Source of the DNA: Lingula anatina
Taxonomy: Eukaryota > Animalia > Brachiopoda
Length of the DNA: 64,000 nt
NCBI GenBank assembly: GCA_051362555.1
Contig: CM120646.1
Coordinates: 20,522,001 to 20,586,000 of the forward strand
Direction: 5' to 3'
The notes beneath the pieces were generated by a model. It was not told the origin of the DNA. It saw only the letters and a list, made by a program, of their open reading frames with translations, and ran no database searches. The translations under genes and the position numbers were made by a program. This document shows, in pieces, positions 51,610 through 60,231 of this stretch. Numbering within the stretch: position 1 is the stretch's first letter; each line of letters opens with the position of its first letter.

Positions 51610-52990
51610 TTGCTGCATGGACATCAATATGGTAATTACTCAAAATTTTAAAACACCTTGCAAACTTTAAATTTTATCATTAAAACAATAAACACAAAAA
51701 TATATGCTCTCTTGTATCACTTCAGCCTAGTATTCCACATGTAACCTTTTTTTCACAATAAAAATGTGAATAATTAATTATGCTCAAATTTAGAAATTGC
51801 CATACTCCATGATTCCTATTACCTGACAAAGTAACAATTGTACATTTCGTGTCATGATCACAATTCTCATATCATCCTTCAGTTTAAGCAGCTGTGAGCA
51901 TCTTGAGAGATATACCATAAAGTTTACTGAACATTCTGCAACCAAAGCTGGCATTTAAAACTATCATCTCCACTCACTACAGGCATAACCATTCCAATGC
52001 CCAAGTATTGATAATAAATATATATGTTACTGGCAAAGCCTTGCATAAATATGGTATATTATATACCACTATATTGCCTGCTTAATTATGTCAAACAGAT
52101 CTGCAATAATAATATTGTTCAATAATAATAATACTAAGTAAATTGAAATGATGCAACTGACATTAACTGGAAGCTTGCAAAGTAAGCTGGGGGTGAAGAA
52201 TTCCAACTTAAAGCGAGGGTCTCCATTGTCTCTTTTGGTCTGGTGTAAATGAGATCGATTGTGACAGACCCTTTAATGACTATGTTTCCCACAACTGGTA
52301 GGTTACCAAATTCCCTTCCATAATACTATTATTATACTAAGTATAAATACATAAATGGCAGCTGTGTGACTAAGCTCTGTGACTTTTTCTCTTCTTTTCT
52401 TTCTTATTTCCAAGGAAAAACAAGTATGCATAATGCTTTATCACTAAAATCACTGGTACCCAATTTCGTGAAAAGCAGTCACCATGATGTCACCTGCTGC
52501 AGCAGTCAATAATCTCAAATCTTAACAAGTTTGTTAGTCTCAGAGAAAACATATATGAAAGGTATACAATGTGCATTAGAGAAAAAAATACATAAACAAT
52601 ACCCTAAACTGAAGAATTACCATCCATAAATCCTCGTTTTAAAATTACATCCTCTAGTTTTTGAGATAGAACTCAATATTTGGATCATAATTCCCTCCAC
52701 AGTATAAGTGATAAAGATTTTTTTCATAATATTATATAGGTCCAAACTGCATTGTATGCTTATTAAGGAAAACATCCTGACCAAATTCTTCCATGTCCTC
52801 TAGAAAATTAGAGTCATTAACTGACCATTTCTAGGAAACAACTGACTTCAACGTAAGCATCTCAAGTAGGACGTCAATGAACACTGCTGACCAGCCAGCA
52901 AGTGACATCACAAGGACTGTACAGAGGGCTACCAATGTTTTTCATCACCTCCAAGAAAATCAGCGTAGACTTGTGCATTTCCCCCTTGGT

Positions 52991-55900
52991 CTACTTCTCT
53001 TTCTCATCCTGAAGGAACATGTATGCAGAGGAGAAATCTTTCCTGGCGTACCCCTTGTTACACATCACCCTGTAGATCTGGTGGGCCAGGGACCCCAGGG
53101 GGGTGGGGCTCTTCAGGGTGGTGGCCACATTCTGGGCCAGACCCAGGTCCTGGAAGTATGTGACAGCAGGTTATTTTTTCAGTGTTTGAAAATTTAACAT
53201 TTGTTATTTATACCAGTTCATTTCACATCTGTACAGATATTCAAGCCACTTACTATGTTTCCTAGTAAGGTGGTGTATTATATATTATTTAATTGCCTGC
53301 AAGCTCTGGAGAAAACCTAACTTGAAAACAAGTTCATTTGACCATGCCATCACCTCTAGTTTGGTAGTGAATCTACCTCAAGCACAAGCACAAGAAAACC
53401 CAACTTAATCATGAGTCCTGTTGTGTAACTACCTTAGTCATGAGCTCAGTAGCAGAACTATCTAAACCACAAGTTCAAAAAGGAACCTACTACTTAACCA
53501 TGAGTTCAGTAGCGTACCTACCTTTACCATGAGTTCAGTGGCAAACCCTCCCTGATAGTCCTTGGAGGAAGGGACCCCCTCCAGCACCCCGGGGACGGGG
53601 TTATAGGTGTCCAGGGACCAGCAGCGGGCAGAACTGGTACACAGTACATCCTTTAACACCTTGGGCTCCAGACCCAGTCTGAAAGAGAAAATAATACATA
53701 AACTGTAGTATACACATATTTGAAATTTCTAGTATCATTGGTCAGGCGGAGAACAGGTGGTAAGCAGAGGTGCAAAATACTTATTTCAATACTTTGGTTT
53801 TTACAACCAGTCTGGAAGATAGCACCTGGAGGTAATTTCAGAGTAAAATTATACAATCAGTGCTACTAAGCTTGGGTGGTTAGTTTATGGTCCAACAAAG
53901 GGCAGAGCTCACATATATCAAAGTATATATAGTTTTTAAACTTTCTTGACTGTATTCTGTAGATGCACTGTACATATACCATTTGCTAAATTATTCATGA
54001 AAACAAATCAACAAACCCAAACGGCTTATGAGTCAGCCAAACTGAGAAAAGCGTGTGTGTGTGTGTGTGTGTGCATGTGTGTGTGTGTGTTCTTGCATAC
54101 ACATAACGTACTTGATCCCCATATTCATGGTCTCTGAGGCCCCAATCATAGATATTGCCAGCATCATATTATTACACACCTTGGCTGCCTGTCAAAATAA
54201 GACCATATTTTATAATCGATATACTAGGAGGTGAGAATAACGACAAAATTTCAATTGTAATGGTCTATTAACAAATTTTATTATTTCTTCCATCAAAATC
54301 TTTCAATACATCTCAGAAACAATCTGAAATCCTGAAAGTAGACCTTTAAAATATATTTACAATTCTGGTCAGAAATGACACACCACTTGTATCAATTGTG
54401 TTCACTGTGGCCATCAATTTCAAAGGGACTGTGTCTTTTTCTAGAAAAAGTCCACATTTCTACCAAGAAACCTACATGTGTTCATAACACCTAAATAAAA
54501 TTTTGATTCAACAAGGACCTTTTCTTTGGCCAGGGCAGAGGGAGTTCAATCAAATCTCAAATCCCAGGCCTGATTCTAATTTTTCTGCTCTGCATTCCAA
54601 TACTTTAAAAAAAAATTTAAAAAAAAAAAAAACAGCACATACCTTAGCAATTGGTATTATGACTCCTCTACAGGAATGGCTAGGCAAACACATAACCCAG
54701 AGGCTATATAAAAGTCTAATGTATGGAGAGCTCAAACATAAGGTTTCTAGTGTTGCCTACCTCTCCGGTGCCCACTCCCCCACAGTGAATCACATTCTTC
54801 CCCATGTTTTCCAGTATTATCTTAGCGGCGGGGAATTCACTGGCTGGTCCTCCCACCATGAACGTCAGGGCACCAGACGCAGCTGCCAGAACACCTGTCA
54901 GAATAAACGAGGATAAACTGCTTTGACTGCCATGGAAGAAGTTGTTGCAGAGGCATTCTAGGGTTTTGCTTAAGGTTCGGGTGAAAGGAGAAAACTTTTG
55001 AAGAACATAGCTCGTAAAATATAAAAGAGTAGGAAAAGATTTTTCTGTTATATGTAGTTAACAAAGATGAAAAAATTCTTGATTTTGCCTTATTTAACTT
55101 GTTACATTGTTTTTTTATCTGAAAACAATTGTATTTCCATTATTTTAAACCAAGACCAATGGTTAATATGCCATAACGATTATGAATTTAGATCCCATTC
55201 CCATACCTAGATTGATCTAGAAGGATCTCCAAGGGGTTTCTTGCTAAATTGCTTTCAGCGTAAGCACCTAGATGTCTGGCACGCCTACTATAAAGCTGCT
55301 AAATAATAGTTAATTAGCCCCAAACAGCTTCAGTAAATGTGCCAGACACCAGAGCCACTTAAGATGAAAGCAATTTAGCAAGAAACCCCTTGGATATGGG
55401 TCGATCCTGCTAGATCGATTTAGGTATGGGAATGGGGTACATATACTTGGAAAATCACAAGTCTACCTCCTGAAACAGGAGCATCCATGAAAGTGGCATT
55501 TTTTTTACTGCACTGCTCAGCCATGTCAATGGACACCATGGGATCGATGGTACTGCTGTCTATTAGTAACGAACCTGGCTTCACGGTACTGAAAAATAAA
55601 GTGGATTTTTTATTAAAGATTAGCAATTTTACAGGCATGGCATAGGGAAATTTTGAAAATCTTACTGGCCTGGTATGGGGGTTGCACAGGCCCCCACTGT
55701 GACCCAGGAGCATAATTTAAGAAAATATATGCAAGTGATGCAGCACAACAAGAGCTTTAAAAGTATACACTAATACTCTCACATAGCTGGGCTAAGAATG
55801 TAAATTAACATGCATCAACTACTTCAATTAAGGATTCGAAGTATTCCAGTAGTGTTAGAAATTTTGACAGAGGTACTATTACAAGTCATCCATCATTAAG

Positions 55901-56082
55901 GAGAGATCTGTACTTTGACCATTAATGATTTACTCACATTGAAAGCTGTTAAAGTCTGTTCAGTGATTTATCAAAAAGCTTAATATGCAGATTTTAACAG
56001 TCTGTCAGTAGGAAATTTGGCAAGTTGTAGAACATTGTTAACTGGTAAATTTTAATGTTATGACCATAACCATAAAAAATTT

Positions 56083-56113
<31 letters not shown>

Positions 56114-59048
56114 TGAGAGAGAGACCTCAGTATCCCCGACTTCCCCGTGTAGACCTCTATCACATGTGGATTGGAAGGCAGCATGGTCACTATGGTGTCC
56201 ACTTCACTGGCCACAGCTGCTGGTGAACTGACCACATTGGCCCCTTTAGGGGGAAATACAGATAAAAGTTTGTTACACTGGGAAGTGCTTGGGTAGAAAG
56301 TAAAGAAAACAGGGAGGGGAGACAAGATGGCGTAGAGGTTGACACGAACTCTAGGACACGGGACATAAATTGGTCTTTCTTGACATAGACAAGTGAACCC
56401 AACGTCTGATGTGGTACATTCTGAACAAGTGCACATCCGTGAACGAGCTGATCGGGTGGAGAAAGTACAAATAAGGTGAATAACTGATATTTTTTAACCT
56501 TATCAAATAGACATAGTCTGCGCGAACGTCGCATAGTGGATGATACATACTGAAAACAGTAAATGATAATAATGAACTTCAGATTTATCCATGCATCTCA
56601 GGCATTTCAATACCCTGTGTATCATTCTGGTATTCTGGTCATGTAAAATCCCTGTCTAAAGTTAAGTTCTGCTGTTCAAAATGATAAAGAATACAGACTT
56701 TTACAACGGAAAACATGGACTCCTGTCACCAGTTATCACTTCTTCATAAAACTTTCAAAAAAAAAAAAATTATTTTGCTAAGACTAAGACTAAGTGCAAA
56801 CGTATCCTGAATTAATGCACACCAAAAACTGGTCACAAAATTATGACTGGCTTTTGGTCTCTTAAATTATTTAGTTAAACCGAGCTCCTAATATGCCAAT
56901 ACTTAATCTTACACACCTGCCTTCCTTAGGTCTTCCTTGGACTGCTCTGAGACATCAAACACTGTGACACTGTAGCCATTCTTAATGAGATTCTTTGCCA
57001 TGGGACCACCCATATTGCCCAGACCTATGAAACCAACTGGACTCTTCGACTCAGACTGAGGAAATATGAAATCAAAACTTGTCCACCTTTGACAAAAAAG
57101 TACTGTCCAATGTGTAAAAAAAACTTGAAAAGTTTATTACTTATTAATGATAATGACATAAATCAGTCTTTTGCTCTTAATTGTAATCAGTACCAAAAGG
57201 AACTATTTTGTAGTCTTGTAAGAGATGTAGCCAAAATCACAGAAGATATACAGAAGATGTTATGAAAGTCATCCCCTATTTAAACAAAGTTTCTCTAGTC
57301 ATGGAGAATTTAATGTATTTGATGTGATTCTTTTAAAAGTGTTATAAGTATTTCAAACTTATAACTCTTTAAGTGTTTTTTTTTCATGCAACTCATTCAA
57401 CTGTGGCAGCTAAAAAGTTTTTGATACTCACATGTCTCACTGATTGAACTGAAATAGAAGAATAATGTACACATATAGACAGCTTAGTACTCAGTACAAG
57501 TAAATTTTAACAAGTCACTAAAAAATTACGAAATTAAATGCACAAATATCTACATGCATTGCTTGTACGCGTCAGCTGAAACTTTCAGATTTGATGAAAG
57601 TTACATTCAGCCTGTAATGTGTTCAGGTCAAGAACTTATTTACCCATATACAACTTTCTATTTGGCTTAAAAGATCTTCTGGCAGAGAGTAGAAAAAAAT
57701 CGCAATAGTCTGTAACTGATGAAATAAACTTTTAGGGGACTGGCTTCAGTTTATTTGACATTTCAGTTTATCTTTGTATAAAAGTATAATGAATTGCTTC
57801 AGGCCTGTACAGTACTATAGCCAGTAGTTTCAAAGGTGGGGGGGGGGGGTTCTTCTGAAAAAGTGGACCTTTTACTAGTAACCTTCCCAGATCAAATTGT
57901 ACCCAGACTGGACCTTTTCCCAGCAAAAAGGGTGGTTCATACCCCACCCCCACCCGTGATTGGCTACAGGCCTGATATATTTGTTCTTTCATTTTCTAAA
58001 TAAAAACACCTGAACAGTGAACTTGCTTAAAACAAGCACTCTCAGTCTTACTGATGATTCTGATATGAACTGAAGGTGCTAACCACTGCCAGTTCATATC
58101 AGAATCGTCAACAAGAGTGTTAACGCATGGACTTTCGTGCTAAATGTACATAAACCGCCAAAATATCAACAAAGAACACACGGTTTTTGGATTATGGACA
58201 TGGTACTACATGTAGTTCCCTTCGCTTGTTCTGTCGTGATGCCTCATCTTAGCCTCGATTTTTCAGATTTTCATGCTACGTATCCAACTAAAATATTTAA
58301 CGGTTAGTCCTTGCACGCCTAATGGGCACCTACCGGTGCATGTAGCATGTAAGGCCGAAAACCGAGGCAAATCGTCAGCGTAAGGGCTTCGATTCACAGG
58401 CAAGCATTCCGGTGTGACTGAAATGCGCAATACACCGCAATACAGCGCAACACAGTGCAACACAGTGCAATACACTTCAAAAATCAAATCCAGTTGCAAT
58501 TACACTAAAGAAATGACCATTCCCAGCAAAGTAGGGTGATATAAAAACAACCTATATTACTGGGTAAGTAATATCGTTGATATAAATTAACAAATCAGCA
58601 AGACTATTATGTTGTCCAGTCGGCAGCCATGTTGGCGAGTGGCTCTTCTTGGATATATTACTGGCCAAGAAGAGCTACTCGCCAACATAGCGGCTGACCA
58701 AACAATGAAAAAATTGTCAAGTTGTATCAGCAATATTAATTACTATGTACTATATTTTGCTTTTATATCACCCTATGTTATTTGAGATTACCCTTTCCTG
58801 TGTTTACTTGCAACTGGGCTTGTGTTATCAAGTGTATTGCGCTGTATTGCAGTGTATTGCGCATTTCAGTCACACCCCAAGCATTCCCTTCCTTCAACTG
58901 CACTAAAAACAATGGCATCCTCTTAAATCATAAGCACACACTCAGAATGACATTTTCTTTGCATACCTGAAAAATATCTACATCCACTTAGTTTATAAAC
59001 ACTGCATTTGTGTTGAAGCAAGAAGCGAGCTTTCCCGAGAGCTGCCAT
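52991..59048 (-). CDS. HIBADH: 3-hydroxyisobutyrate dehydrogenase, mitochondrial, ~334 aa
   Basis: 9 exons: 58967-59048, 57432-57448 (17-nt microexon), 56917-57055, 56126-56243, 55467-55588, 54761-54894, 54112-54188, 53522-53678, 52991-53149. PVGFIGLGNMGGPMAKNL, LLIDSSTIDP, FMDAPVSGG, AAKVCNNMMLAISM, RCWSLDTYNPVPGV, YQGGFATELMVKDLGLAQ, KDFSSAY. Confidence 0.96.
53401..53543 (-). repeat. Degenerate ~29-31-bp tandem array spanning the HIBADH exon 8 end and donor (~5 copies)
   Basis: Core catgagttcagt(a/g)gc and variants at 53410, 53439, 53468 (cacaagttc), 53499, 53528; on the minus strand gccactgaactcatggtaaag|gtagg followed by decayed copies. Confidence 0.8.
55194..55437. mobile_element. Foldback MITE, family B copy 2 (HIBADH intron)
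   Basis: cccattcccatacctagattgatctag...tccaaggggtttcttgctaaattgctttca pairs with tgaaagcaatttagcaagaaaccccttgga...ctagatcgatttaggtatgggaatggg; inner gtctggcac/gtgccagac. Confidence 0.85.
57800..57974. mobile_element. ~175-bp MITE-like repeat, family A copy 3 (HIBADH intron 1)
   Basis: Ends caggcctgta...tagcca / tggctacaggcctg; internal aaaagtggacctttt...ccagatcaaattgtacccagactggacc. Confidence 0.65.
58052..58110. repeat. 59-nt hairpin (21-bp stem, 17-nt loop)
   Basis: tgatgattctgatatgaactg / cagttcatatcagaatcgtca, one non-Watson-Crick position. Confidence 0.85.
58410..58877. mobile_element. Non-autonomous Mutator(MULE)/foldback-like element, 468 bp, with 9-bp target-site duplication
   Basis: TIRs ggtgtgactgaaatgcgcaataca / tgtattgcgcatttcagtcacacc; arms stay complementary inward (tagggtgatataaaa / ttttatatcacccta; atgttggcgagtggctcttcttgg / ccaagaagagctactcgccaacat); flanked by caagcattc at 58401-58409 and 58878-58886. 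Confidence 0.88.
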
Positions 59049-59310
59049 GTTGATCCCTGACTCAAAGCTAGCTTGATTATTAGACTACAGTTTCGAAGAT
59101 ATGGAACAGATGGTCTTCACATAAAATACATTTTTGTTAGAAAGCGGTCAATTGCGCAATTAAGAAATCAATTAAAAACTAGATAACTTAATTAATCCCA
59201 TTACTATGTGATTATAGTATTCTAAATTTAGACAGCATAAAGTGATGACGTCACTGCACACAAGAGCACACGTTGTTCTGGCTGTGTTCATTAAAATCGT
59301 TTAAAATAAG
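59049..59310. promoter_or_regulatory. Putative bidirectional promoter of HIBADH and the FASTK-family gene, with C/EBP and CRE palindromes
   Basis: attgcgcaat 59151-59160; tgacgtca 59246-59253; candidate non-coding exon donor aag|gtaaat at 59310/59311. Confidence 0.55.
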
Positions 59311-59784
59311 GTAAATGCAAACAGATGTTAGTGTCATTAAAGTTTATAGTAATAATTTGTTTATAGTGGGTTTTAAATTAGTGCACAATTCTGTTATGGT
59401 GAATGTCTTAGTAGGAGAATGCACTTGCCTCAAACGGACTTTCTGTAGCATTTCACCGGCGGCAAATGGCTGCACTTGTCCTCTACCAGAGCGACAGATT
59501 GATTTTTCACAAGATTTTCACAGACTTGTCTTTGGATAATTAGGCACTCATTCGATTCTCTGCCTTTTTTAATTTTGCCTATAATATCTTCCACCCTGGT
59601 AGAGGGTAAAATTGTTATGTTTTATATAGAATCATGACTACTGCTACCCAATGAGATATCTGCTGTCATTACGTTTGCAAATCTTTGAGATGAAATGACA
59701 CAGCGACTTTGTGTATACTGCTGATCTCTCACTTCGATATTTAGCCAATGCACTGTGAACATGATGAAAGAAATTGTGAAAAGA

Positions 59785-60129
59785 GAGGCACCTGGGCCCC
59801 ATAACTCTGAAGCACTGCATACATATATATGTGAATATAGCGATATCACATGGAGGCAACAGTGTATTGTATGTGGCGACTATGGGCAAGTTATGGAATT
59901 GAGATGCTTGCGCTCGGTCGCAATGCGCGATGCTTTCCAGTTACGGGACCCTGGACTCGGTAAGCAGTCAACTCGAAAGCATGGCGTATTACGCTTGCGC
60001 GCAAGCGTCTCTATTCCATAACTCAGCATTTACTCCCCCCATATAATAGCCTCGAAATGGAAGGTGATATCGCTATCACAATTAGCAATGCTTACGAGCT
60101 ATGGAGCCTTGGTAACACAATGAGGTGCC
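59785..60129. mobile_element. Decayed foldback element (nested inverted repeats)
   Basis: Core gttatggaattgagatgcttgcgc (59891) / gcgcaagcgtctctattccataac (ends 60021); outer atagcgatatcac / gtgatatcgctat; outermost ggcacct / aggtgcc. Outer boundaries uncertain. Confidence 0.65.
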
Positions 60130-60231
60130 CGTGTGAACAAGAAGGGTATTTACATGTCAAAGAATGTAACAAATAAATCACTGGGCATAATATAAAGGTA
60201 TTATTTTGCTGCAGGGAGGGTGACAGCTACT

